Part shown: positions 25,101 through 38,463 of the stretch, in pieces
Numbering within the stretch: the first letter of the stretch is position 1
How the letters are laid out: every line of letters begins with the position of its first letter
From: Felis catus
Taxonomy: Eukaryota
Length of the DNA: 64,000 bases
Direction: 5' to 3'
NCBI RefSeq assembly: GCF_018350175.1
Contig: NC_058383.1
Location: 21,826,001 to 21,890,000 of the forward strand
Program-made: the position numbers and the translations under genes
The notes under the pieces: model-generated
Seen by the model: only the letters and a program-made list of their open reading frames with translations
Told to the model about the DNA's origin: nothing
Databases searched by the model: none

Positions 25101-28100
25101 ACTAATTTTTAATACCACAGAACATCTTATAAAGATCATAATTCCTTGTATTTCACAGGGCAAAAAATAATATCCTATATATTTTGATATGCAATAAAAT
25201 CTCATTAACACAGATTATTCAAAATGAGAAATTCTATGTTTGGTAGCCTTTAATCTTACTATGTGTTAAATCAAAATTTGAAAATCCATTTAAGGATAGG
25301 AAAAACGAGGGGCACCTGGGTGGCTCAGTCAGTTAAGCATCTGACTTTGGCTGAGCTCAGGATCTCACGGTTTGTGAGTTTGAGCCCCACATGGGGCTCT
25401 GTGCTGACAGCTCGGAGCCTGGAGCCTGGAGCCTGCTTTGGAGCCTGTGTCTCCCTCTCCGTCCCTCCCCCATGCTCTCGTGCTCCCCACCCCCCCCCAT
25501 CTATTAGCACAATGAATGATTCAGTATTTCAAATACTCTTTCAAAGAAAATAGTACTTCAATTAATCTTATCTATTCATTAACTGAGATCCTGTCAAGAT
25601 CACTTTGTTAAGACATGAAAGTAAAAAGCGGAGCCTGGGTGGCTTAGTTGGTTAAGCATCCAACTTCAGCTCAGTCTTAACATGTCATAAAAAAAAGGGG
25701 GGTTTACAATAACACACTAGATTATAATTCCCATTATCTAGTTTGAAAGCAATCATCTGGAGATTATTTTAAACATATACTTACTGTTCCCAACCTGGTC
25801 GACCACCACCCGGACGAGCAGTATTTATTCTTACTGGACCTTGGAAACAAGAACAGTAGGTAAATATGAAATTGCATGTTAAATAAAGTTAAAATTATTT
25901 TTTAAAGGAGAAAATGTTCAACCCAAAATGATTTTACTCACCAGTTGTGGGGATCAACTGTCCATGCAGTAGTGACTGTCCAAGCAAAGATGGGGTTCCA
26001 AGTACAGGCACCTGGTAACCCTTTAGGAAAAAAACATGCATAAAAAGAAACAGTTTAAAAAAAAAAAAAAAAAAAGAGGGAGAGTTAAAAAATTAAACCC
26101 ATCAGAAAACTGTAAGATAAATCTCACATTTAAAAGCCAATAAAACTTACCTTCTCTTCCATAAGAGCAGTAATTGCAATTGAAGAGGTTCCCTTTGAAT
26201 GTTCTGATGCAAGGGCTGCAGCTGGTAATATTTTATTATCAGAATCCCTAGAAGACAAGAGAATTTGCAATATGTGAAAAAGTCATCAGAAATGGAGGAG
26301 TAAGAGTAAGCAAATTACAGTACATAATTTAGTAAGTCTGTTCACCCACCACCTGCATGAAGATGCGTTGATGAAAACTTTTGGGTCAAGTGGAGAGCTC
26401 TTTGGATACAAAAGTGATAAGGAAAAAAAATAAAAGGAAATCTCTTTAAGAAGTCCCATCTATACAGATGGGAGAGAAATCGGTTGTAAGAATAATAAAG
26501 CTTAAAAAAAAAAAAGAAGAGGGGCGCCTGGGTGGCTCAGTCGGTTGAGTGTCCGACTTCAGCTCAGGTCGTGATCTCGCAGTTCGTGAGTTCAAGCCCC
26601 ATGTCGGGCTCTGTGCTGACAGCTCAGAGCCTGGAGCCTGCTTCAGATTCTGTGTCTCTCTCCCTCTGCCCCTTCCTTGCTCATGCTCTCTGTCTCTCAA
26701 AAATGAATAAACGTTAAAAAAAAATTTTTTTTTTTTTTAAAAAGGAAGAAAATCAAATTGTGGGACCAAAAGAATACAGGATTAAGAGTAAATTCTACTT
26801 CCAGCTCCACCACTGAAAAGCCAATGAATTCTGACTGAGGTCTTAAATATAAATGTAAAGGTCCCAGTCCTCAAGATTTTGCTTCAGTATGTCTGCACAG
26901 ACCCCTGGCATCTATTTTTTTTAAGTGGCTGATTCCTCAAGAATTTATGAGCCACTGGGGCACCTGGGTGGCTCAGTTGGTTAATGTCTGACTCTTGGTT
27001 TTGGCTCTAGTCATGATCTCAAGGTGAGTTCAGGCCCCCAGTAGGGCTCTGCGCTGACATAGCGGAGCTTGCTCAGGATTCTCTCTCCCTCTCTGCCACT
27101 CCCCCACTTGTGGTCATGTGCGCTCACACTCTTCTCATTCAAAAATAAACAAACGTTAAAAAAAAAGGAATTTATGAACTACTGGACTACATGTCCAAAG
27201 ATCCTTTTCATGTCTGAACCAGTAGGATTTAAGTGAGTTTTAATTCAACACTTAACAGGGGTGGTTGGCAACTCGTATAGTTCTTTATCCTGGGATGCTT
27301 AATCATTTGCCAAGTGAAACTCCTTCGTTTGCCTGTTCCTCCAATAAGACTCTTAAAAGTACCCGTTTAGCAATGGGTTACTTTATGGAGTCACCCACCT
27401 TACTGAGCACAGTGGTTCACAAGGATGATACTTACCAGTCACTATAACAACTACTAAAGCAATAAACAACAATGAAAAACCAGAGAGATACACAGACTTA
27501 CCGGAAAGGTCCATCTGGTTTTTCAGAGTGGACTGAGATGGACACTGTGGCAGTTATATCAGGTACAGGAGCCGGGGTAGAAGATGAATTTCCAGGCACA
27601 GGAGGGGCCAAGGAAGACTGATTAGAAGTTAATGAAGATATGGAAGGAGCTGGGTGAGTTGAAGAGGTCACTGGAATCATCAGGGGATCCTGTTGTCTTG
27701 ATATTGGAGATCTCATCAGAGGTTGTAGGTTCCGCTGAATGAGTGGTCTCGGAGGTGGTATTGGGGGCGGTGGTGGGGGTAACTGTTTTCGTAGTCTTTT
27801 TGTATAACCGGTTTCATTTTTGAAGTTATTAACAGCCTATAGATACCAAACAGAAAGATGCAGGAAAATGTAAGGTGGTATTTCCTCAAGCACAGTTTAA
27901 ACCACCAAAAATTTTTAAAAATTTTCCAAAAGGGATACAAAGTCAGTTACCTGTCGTAAGAACTTATTGGCAATTAAAGCATCAGGAGAGACATCATTCT
28001 GATGGCATGTTGGACATGTATGATCATCTGATTCCAAGAGTGCTGTTCTTATACCTGTGAAATATTTTAAATATTACATTACTCTTTCCAAGCACACATT

Positions 28101-31100
28101 ACTTATCATTTCTAAGATTGAAAAACTTAAAAGTACAGACTCTCGCCTGATAGCACTCCTCTGCTGTAACTTCTACCTTAAAAACAGAAGTCATTGGGGT
28201 GCCTGGGTGGCTCAGTCGGTTAAGCGTCCGACTTCAGCTCAGGTCATGATCTCGCGGCTCGTGAGTTCGAGCCCTGCGTCGGGCTCTGTGCTGACAGCTC
28301 AGAGCCTGGAGCCTGTTTCAGATTCTGTGTCTCCCTCTCTCTCTGTCCCAACCCACTCGCATTCTGTCTCTGTCTCTCTCAAAAATAAATAAACATTAAA
28401 AAAAAAAAAAAAACACCAAAAGTCATAAATAGAATTTAAACAAAAATTTAAATTGAGAGAAAAAGCACTCTTTCCTAAATACTATTCTTTTTGTTTAGCT
28501 AAAAATTGGAATAGTATAGAGGAAAAAAATAGAAATAATATATAGTCTAGAAAAGTGAAAAATTTACAGGGCTAACAGGGTTTTAAAAGAGCATCAGGAG
28601 GAGGGGTGCCTGGCTGGCTCCACCAGAAAGGCATGCGGCTCTCGATCTCAGGGTCGTGAGTTGGGAGTCCCACATGTGGTATAGAGATTACATAAATAAC
28701 TTAAGAGAAAAGGGAATTATAAAAAACAGAAACATTGTTCAGGCAAGGAAATCAGCAACACCTACAGCACAGTACAGAGGAGTAACACTAAATTACAGAT
28801 TCACTGATTATGCTTCAGTGTAGTAAAAAATTCAGTAATGCAAGTGGTTTATTAAATCTAAGACACTTGGAAACAAATCTTAAGTGACCTCTTCTTGACT
28901 TTGGTCTTCACTGGAGAGGCCCCAAAATAAAGATTTATATTCCAAAGCTATGAAATGAAAAAGGCCAAAACAGGACTAAGCAGTGAAATTTTCAGATGAT
29001 GCCATTTTCATCTTGGTAAGAAATAAGTGGCAGAAAAACCCAAGTGGGAAAAACCCAACCCAATATAAAAGATCAGAAAAAAATCACAAGTAACCACAAG
29101 GCAAATGTTGGGTAGTATGTTTACAGAGAACAGTTCTCAATTACACTTAGGAATTTTAGAATAAACTATTTTTCCACCATCCAGGAAAGGGATTTAGGTA
29201 CCATTTAAAAATATTTCTAGAATATCTAATGCCCAAAAGGCTTTCAAAATTCTGCATACCATTTAAAATGTGCAGGAAACGGGTACGTCTGTGGCTCAGT
29301 CGGTTAAGTGTACGACTTCTGCTCAGGTCATGATCTCACAGTTCGTGAGTTCTAGCCCCCCATGGGCCTCTCTGCTGTCAGCACAGAGCCCACTTTGGAT
29401 CCTCTCTCTGTGCGTCCCCCCCTCAAAAATAAATAAACTTTAAAAACTAAAATAAAATGTGTAGGAAACAAAAGTCCTACATTTTATAAAACCTTAGTAC
29501 AGTCACCCTAATGAAGGTAGAAGAAATGGTCAATTCTAATATTTAAAAGGACAAAGAGGCTGTTGTTTAAAGAAAAAAATGTAGTGACAAAAACAGTTCT
29601 TGCTATTAAAGGTGCAATGACGAACTAAATGATCAATTATCAACATTTCATACTGCATTATTAAAACATACACTGTTGCTAAGGAGCTCTTCCAAATAAA
29701 TACATATATTCTAAGACATGTATCTCTGAAGGTTCACCATTTCTTACATTCATCGCAATAACTGTTTCCACAGCAGGGAATGACAACGGCATCAGTCATA
29801 ATATCTTTGCAGATGAGACACAATAATTCATCTGGGATAGGATCATCTTCTTCTGAAGAAGAAGATGGTTCCTCTGGTAAGAAAGGTGGTTTTTCTTTCT
29901 TCCCAATTGCATATGCTTCTCTGTAAAAGAAGGTTTTACTGTTTTAACATTGTTAACAAAGTATTACTAAGATAGTACATGTTCTACTATACCATAATGG
30001 GAGCTTATAATTCAGTACGATGCCAAATTCGTTTACACAAGTATAATACCTTCCAAAATAAGGGAGTAGTTATGAACATCCTCCCCCTAAGCAACAAAAA
30101 GACAAAACAAAATCCTAAACAAGTATAACAAAAAGAAACAAATGCTATAAAAGTGGCTAAAAGGATCTTAAGAATCCACAACTCTAGAACTCAGGGCCAG
30201 AGAATAAAGGGACACATTCAATGCCACAAGTTTATGCTTAAGTGGCAGAGACAGGATTTGAACTTGGACATGACAACACCCTAACCACAATTTTCTCTAT
30301 CCTACCATGTTTCTTGAGGGGGTGGGGGGTATGGAGGGAATTCCCTTCCATAGACCAACAGTCCCCAAAACCTGTGAAGGTATCAGAGAGCATGCTATAA
30401 TATAGGAAATGGAAACTGGGTGCTGACATCATACAATCGAGGGGGACAGTTCAAGGGAAATATTATGCAACCAACCACACCAGTAGCTAGTAGCTAGAAT
30501 CATCAGACTTCAAAACCAGTGGTTTACTTCTAATTAGTATTTTAAAAGAGAGATTCATCTATTTATAGCCAACTAAGAAATACTAATGACTTCAATGATT
30601 AGAATATGTGTTACAAGAATATAAAGTAACACTTTAGTCATTTTGGGTCCATTTTCTGGTAGAAATACATTTTGCAGAAATGTTGCATATTAAACATATT
30701 GAAAATAAAACACTAGGGGTGCTTGCATGGATCGGTCAATTGAGCGTCCGACTTTGGCTCAGGTCATGATCTCACAGCTTGTTGAGTTTGAGCCCCATGT
30801 CGGGCTCTGTGCTGACAGCTCAGAGCCTGGCGCCTGCTTCAGATTCTGTGTCTCCCTCTCTCTCTGCCCCTCGCCTGCTCACTCGCTTTCTTTCTCAAAA
30901 ATAAACATTAAAAAAATTTTTTTTAATAAAATAAAAAAACCAAAGTACACTATTCTCAGACTTGTCACCACTGCTTCCAACACCCACATCTTCTCTAATC
31001 AGGCAGATTTGTATAACATAGGAATTCCTAGGTAAATTCTATCTCATTAGGAACAGAGTGTGTCGATCTCACTGCTGAAAATGAAAGCATCTCAGCTGTA

Positions 31101-34100
31101 CAGAGGAGGGTACCTGAGGTGTGTTATTTGTGTTGCAGCTGCTCCATAGACATCACCACGACTCCAGAAATAAGTATCAATTTGCTTATGCCCCATTGTT
31201 CCCAATTTGTGAAAGAGGAGTCTCCCACTGCCCAAAAGAGAGAAAAGAAAGAAAAAAAAAAAAAAAAAGAAGAACAGAGGATAGAAAAAGAAACAGAAGA
31301 AGAGTCTGAGTTGCTTATCAGTGGTGTTAGTGGAGAGGGTGAAAGTTTCATTTAAAATATTTGGGCTCCCATTTCCCCAGTATTTGCTGTGTGTCTGGCA
31401 CAAATGGGCTTTTGCATTTCAGCATTCAAAAACAATGAAGTTAATTATTAGTTAGGGTTCACAAGGGTGATGTTAATTTTTCCGACACAAACTTCCATTT
31501 AAGTACTTTTACTTGTATATATTATATTAAGATGAAGCGGTCTGCTCTTAAATTGTGTCCGTAAAAAACCATCCATTTCAACCTAGGTTGTTTGGAAGCA
31601 CGTATGAAATGTCTGAATCAGAAACAGCGTAAAAACAGACTGCTCTAAGATGAACCACAAGACAAAGGATGGTGACTGATCAAAAATTGATGGGGGTGAA
31701 ACGGAGAAAGTGAGCAGGGCTGGGAGTTCAGGAAAACACTAATCCTTATCTGTGAATGAAAACAATCTATTTACTAAAGTGTATACTCAAAACCATAAAA
31801 TCTTTTCAAGATCATTCCACGGCACTGCCGTTTTCATCACCTTCATCTGCGCACTATGCTGCGTTTCAACGCTACAGCATGAGGCTGAGGACAACCGTTC
31901 TTTTACTCATTCTCTTCAAGTCACGATGAACAAGGGCACTGTTATTCTCTAAATGGATGTTTCTCAAGGTATGTCCTGAGGACGCCCTCACTTCATAACC
32001 CACTGGAGGACTTGTTGGAGAACCCAGTCCAAAGGGACAGTTAATACTGTGCTCTGTATCATGTGAGTTCATAACTGGTGAGGGTAACCACAAAGGTAAT
32101 TAGCGGGATTAATAAAAGCAGATAAAATGAGAAGTTGTCAGTTGATTTATACCACTAGTAGGTTTTCAGGTCTATCCACTTCATTAAGAATTGGCTCCTA
32201 AAATAAGATCTGAAAACACATTGCAAATAAGCCCTAAGCTGTAGGGTATAGAGCTGTAGCTCATCTGAACTAATGGGTTTGTAAAATAAATTGTTATTTT
32301 AGAAGTTTGACTCACACGGTACATCCAAACTTATTCAAGAGGACTCAGTTCTTCATTTATTCTTGGCACTTAAATTTGCCCTGACATCTTATACAACTTT
32401 TGTGCTTAAGCCTTCTGTTTCTCAGAATGATTAAGACAGTGGTCTTTTTCACTTAACACATGTAGATAGCATAGAAGATCATGTGGGAGTATGTATGTGA
32501 ATGAAGAAGAAAGCAGGGTATGACAGAAAAAGAAAAAATTAGAAGCCCACAAGGGAAGTGGCACTCAGTGGTAACAAAAACCCCCAAATCCATTCTAAAT
32601 TTGCATTTAGTGGAGCAGACTGCAGCCTCTCATTCTTCACACAGAAATGCAACATGTGGAGACCAACAGTCTTGCTATACAATGCTCACAAGAAATCCAA
32701 GTAGCCAAGTGGCGACCCCAAGCCTACATAAAACACCAGCGCCCGGACAGGCTGTGGCCTCACAGGTCATACGTAACTAGAATACTTACGCGTCTATAGT
32801 CGGTATCGCATACTTTCCAGTGTTGGTAAGCATTGCACCTTTCATGTTAGGATCTTTCACTTCCATCATAAAACTTCTGGGAATACCAGTGCTCTTTTTA
32901 ATCCTCGGACCAGATTCAAAGTTTTTATCCTATTTGGAGGGGAAAGGAGAAAGGAGGAAGAAAGAAAGCAGTTACCCTTTGTTTAATATTAGCTAACACG
33001 CAGTGCTTATTAACTGCTTATAGTATCTGTAGTGCTGTACATATATGATCTCATTTAAACCTCGCAACAGCCATGCGAGGTAAATACTGTTATTACCATG
33101 TCCGTTTCATAGAGAAGACCGAACAGGCTTGAAGAAGTCAAGTGGCCTGCCCAAGCTCAGTCAACCGTTGAGCAGCAGAGCCAGGATCTGAAGCCTGGCA
33201 ATCTGGCTCCACAGCCTGAGCTCATTTGCCATTGTAATAGAGAAGGCAGTATTTACCAAGAAAAATCCGATAGCTAAGAAATCATTGTAAGAAAAATAAG
33301 GTGTACCATGGTTTCTACTTTGGACTTACCCCGTTTGTTGGGCAATTCTTAATGTAATGGCCAGGTTTACCACAACGAAAACAGGTATAAGATGGAGGTG
33401 GTGGGCCTAGAGGTTTCTTCATGTAACTGAAAGGGAAACAGAATTACATGTACACAAAACCTTGAAAGAATAAAGCTTCTGACTGGGGGGGAAAATCCAC
33501 CCCAATGTACCTATTAGTATGAAGCATTTATGGACTTACTTGATTGGGTCGTATTCATGGCCAGATTGCGACATCATTGCTTTAATTTTATCTTCTTCAG
33601 AAGCATTGGCTTCAGCCAGATTGGCAGTCTGTTTAACAGGTAATTATTTGACACACACATTAGAAACACATTTAAGACCACACAGCCAAAGACAACACCA
33701 CTCATCCTGTAAAGAGCAGTATCTAATCTTGCATAAAACCTAAAACTGAAAGCTATTTACACGTATAACCTAGAAGAGGCATCACGAGTTCCTTAGGTCA
33801 TTCATTACATGACGTTTGGGTGTCTGCAGGGCTGAAGGTCTTGCTGGGGGCACTCAAACCTTAGACCCTGTTTGTACCTTACATTAAGATTTACATATGA
33901 CTCCTCTAAGAGTTAAAACAGATTAAGGAAACACTTGACATTTTAAGCCTTAAAAATAATTCAAGTGTCGTAGCATAAAGACTTTGTATTTACAACTTGG
34001 AGGTAGGGTTATGGGTAAAACAATTGAACATTATGCAGATGATATTAAGGCAGAAGGCTCTTTAAGAAGTAGAATCAGTTTCAAATTAAGTGCAAAGCAC

Positions 34101-37100
34101 ATGTCACGGAGCACTCATCATTTTAAATCCGATTCTCCGAAGTTTTATGAACTTCATCTTTAAGGTATTATGTAGAATAGTCTAGATATAACCAGGGTCT
34201 AAGGGAGTGAGTCCTGATAACTTGAAGCTTCAAGCATCTAGCACTCACATCAGCCATTCATTGGGTTTTATCTTTACATTCATCCACAAAACAAGCAACC
34301 AGTTTTAACATTTTATTGTAATTTTATATACAAAGAATGCTTAACATTAACAGAGCTTAGAACAACAGCAACATTTACAGAAAACTGGATTACAGATGTT
34401 GAACAACTAATTTGTTTGAACCCAAACATTAATTTACAAGTAGTTAAAAAAAAATCTCCCAAACCTCCAAAATTCCCCAACTGCTTCCCACAAAGAAACA
34501 ATGGTAGGAACAGACCAAAACTCAAATAGGGTCCTTACAGCACATAAGAATTAAAACCATGAACTATAAACTGCTTAAGATGTAAACTCTATGCTAGACC
34601 ACTTTTGCATTAGAAAATTGTTAAGAGACGATGGTTTCAGCCCACTTCATGTTTTAGAATCATCGATTTTAATGTTTAGTTTCCCCAGAACAAAAGCTTA
34701 AAAAGCTGTATTTGTTACTAGGACATTTCTTTTGGGATACATTCTAGGGGAAGAGGATACAACCTATAACAAAGTCAAGGATAAGATAGGGACAGCACTA
34801 ATGGAAAATCCATCTAACTCATTAATCTTGGTTGCTAAGTCTGGTTTTACTTTGATAGTAGGGAAAAAAGGATTTTTGGAAAACTGGAAGACTTCCTTCT
34901 CGGTCCTCAAAAATCTGCCTAATCTGTAATGTCTTTTTTTTTTTTTTTAAGGCATGATTTGCAAGCTATGTCTATTGCTTTAAAAAGTAATCCATCACTA
35001 GTGCTTTCCCAAACAAAAGGTACACATTGTTGAGCAGAAAATGCAAGCAATTTTATCGCAAAACATGGCATATACAATTATTTCAGGAGGTAACAATTTG
35101 CCCCTCTGCCAAACATACACATTGGTATATTCCTGCAAACAGCTTTACACATTTACACAATTCACTGTAGTCTGTGTTCAAACAAATTAGGTTGTCTAAA
35201 ACTTTTTCTAATGCAGACAGACTACAAGTCTAGAGCATAAAGAAACAATCGTAACACATTTAAAATGTTGACCTTCATGGGATCAATTCAAATATTCAAG
35301 AAATAGCCGTGCAATTGTCCATGTAAAGGAAAGCTTCTATTTTGGCTGCATAAAGAAAGTCCACATAATTTACAGCCAAAACCAGGGAATTCCTCCAGAA
35401 CTTTGTTAGTTTCCAATGTATAATTAAACAAAATGTGTAAGGGGGGGGAAAAAACCCACCAAATAAGTGTAGCTTCATGTGTTTCTTCTGTCTTGAAGAT
35501 GACCAATACTCCAACATTATGGTGAGGCTGACAAAACACTCCCCCTATCTTCTCAAAGCGGCAACTACTCTTTACAGGATAGTAACGATGTGTACAATAT
35601 TTTTGTAAGACATATCCTCCCCAACCCCTCTTTAAACAATTGTTCCACATTTAAAAAAATACGATGTTAGAAAAAGATTTATATTTGCAAGAATAGATAT
35701 ATATATATATATATACCTTTGTAAGCTGGGCCAGAGAAATAGATGCAGAAGAGTCATCAATCTGTTCACAAAAAATTAAACACACATTCAAGTTCCACAC
35801 TGAAAACATCTGAAAGTGATCATTTAGTCCCTATTGCCAATTAATGTTCAAATTATTGGGCATTTTCTTAGAAGTTTTCTAAAGAATGTTATTCCCTGTT
35901 TTAAAGCTGAAATTGTAGCTCACCCCACTTTACCCTTCTCTACATATTTCACACATATAATAAAGGCTTAAGTTGAGGGGGACTCAATTACAATATTAAA
36001 AAAAAACAACAAAAAACAGGGTAAAGAAAAATGTATCACAGAAAATATGTTCAGAGCAGTGACTGAATATTAAATAAGAGTCCGTGTCTATCAATGGTTT
36101 CTAAATCTGATAATGCTCAAGAGAATATACACTAGAGAGAATAAGAAATCTAACTTTCCTGGAGTGCCGTTATAGAACACGGTAAAAAACAAGCAGCTCT
36201 TTAAAGGCTCAGATAATTGCTTTAATAAACCAGCTCCCACATAATTGCTACTTTTTTCTCTTTTTTTAAGCATGTACTGTTCGGTCTGAATAAGTTTGTT
36301 TATTCTCCCATACAAAGAGTAAGAATGGCTTCTTGCCAAAGAAACCACAATTTTATCAGAGCAAAGATGTTAAACCAAAAAAAGGAAAACCAGTGGTAGT
36401 GTGGAGCAAAGGCAAATAGGGCTATTAGGAGGATGGACTTTAATAATGCGTGAAGAAAGTTAATTCAATCAAATGGAGAAAGTATTATATATTGAATAAG
36501 TAAGATTTTAAAAATGTATTTTCAAATGTGGTATTTTAAGATTTTTCACTATTTGACCCCCTGAAATGATTTTAATATCAGTTTTTAAAAAGTGTGTATC
36601 TGTATACACACACACACACACACACACCCCTTTCCCATCTAACTCTAAAGATATGATTTCCCTGTTAAGTGTACCAAAAAGAAAACATTATTTGCTTCCT
36701 ATATAGTAATTGGGTTGCTTATTCAACATGTTGTAAGCTTCTCATGCATTATTGGTCAGAACTCTTGTTTAAAATGGAGAGAATGTAACAAGATGTCTGG
36801 ATCAAAGAAAAATAACAACAATGAAGGGAGTCTTCATCAGGTATTTTTCAAATATTCCAGAGAACTAAGAGAATTAAAATAAAAGCAGCATGACTTACAG
36901 CCCCAAATAGAAATGTTACCAGTTTCAATATGAAGCTCTTAGCACAATGCCTACCACAGCAGGAGTTGTCAATAAAAATCATGTTTGCTAAATTTAAAAT
37001 ATATCTTATAAATATCTTAGGGTTTTAAAAGTCAGTTTAATGGATAGTATTACTGGGACGCTTACTTCAACAAAAGGTTCTTAGCTCCCCACTGAGGGGC

Positions 37101-38426
37101 TGCCCCAGAATTTGTAATGCACTATTCCATATTCCTAATATGCAATCATATAATTCACCAATGTGTTCTTATTCTCATCTGGCTCTTTAGTGTTTTCATT
37201 ACAGAACTAATCTCAAAGGAAGCTTAAAAAAAACAAACAAACCATAAACATCCTATTTTTAACCAGAATAAATTCTGATCATCTCAATCTATTTTGAAAA
37301 GGGCTACTTTTTGCATTAGTTAGAAACTATGTGAATTTAAATAACAAGAACCAAATGCTGTCAAGCATCATCTATACTGTTTCTAACCAATGAAACTAAT
37401 AACCCTTCAAAATAGCCCATTACTATCTAGAATATGAACACTCATCACTTCCTTAAGAGAAAGCAGTTATATTAACTTTCTTACAGCTAGAACTAAAATA
37501 CTAACATTTTTTGTTCTGCCCACTATGATATTATCTGTTTTTTTGTTATGTCGGGCCATCTGGTCCTTTTAGTTTTCTGTTGATTTGTCATTAGTACTGG
37601 GTAAAGTGGTTTCAGATACTCAACAACATCTATATCACTTTTTTCCCCACCAATCATTCTAGCACCTTAAATACCTTAAAGTCCATGAGAAAGTCAAATT
37701 TACCATAAATTGTGAAAGGTGTCCAATAGTTTTCTACAAAAAGCAAGGTACTAGAAATCAGTGAAAACTGCTAACAAGGAATGGTTTAAAAATGACTAGG
37801 AATTTACATGTACTAGGCAGCAATAAATGTATTAACTCTCAGATACTAATGATTTTAAAAATGCACCACATTTAAAAAAAGTCGTCTTCATAAAAACTGA
37901 TCAATGCATACTGTGGACATCATTAAAATTAACCCACTTCCCCACATCTAATTTGTGGTCTTGCTTCTGGGAGAAAGAATCTGAAATATTTTATGCCACT
38001 TACACTCGCTTGCAATTAAAGGATCCTACAAAATACAATTCTGATATTTAGTAAATAGGAAGAACATCCAGCTTTGGAATACCAACATGAAGGATGGCTA
38101 AATAAAATAAGCTAAGGAATACAGACAGAAACAGCCATCCTTTGATTACAGTTGGCTTAAGTTAACCAAAAATGTACACACATTTACTTTTATTAATCAG
38201 CATTTAGAAATCTGGTTTAGTGGCTCTATCTTACTTGGCTTTTGTGAATGTGTACAAGAATACGTGATTCATAAGATGGGCATTAATTATGCTTAATGAA
38301 TATATTCTCTCATCCTAAACACCAGCATATGTACCCCAAGCAAATAAGTGGTGGGGATATTAAGTTATCTAATGTCTCCATTTCAGACAATTCTACCTAA
38401 AAATTAAAGCCACTTTTAAAGTATTA

Positions 38427-38463
<37 letters not shown>

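Larger units (their letters stand above)
25309..30938 (+). mobile_element. Eight Can-SINEs in introns 7-13, all antisense to RBBP6 (25309-25500, 25629-25674, 26521-26742, 26957-27166, 28196-28415, 28603-28700, 29281-29455, 30717-30938)
   Basis: SINE heads on + strand; boundaries approximate. Confidence 0.87.

Noticed and set aside
31119..31355. + strand acidic/basic ORF (..KREKKEKKKKKEEQRIEKETEEES..)
   Set aside because: Better explained as the reverse complement of the pyrimidine tract of the candidate 114-nt exon
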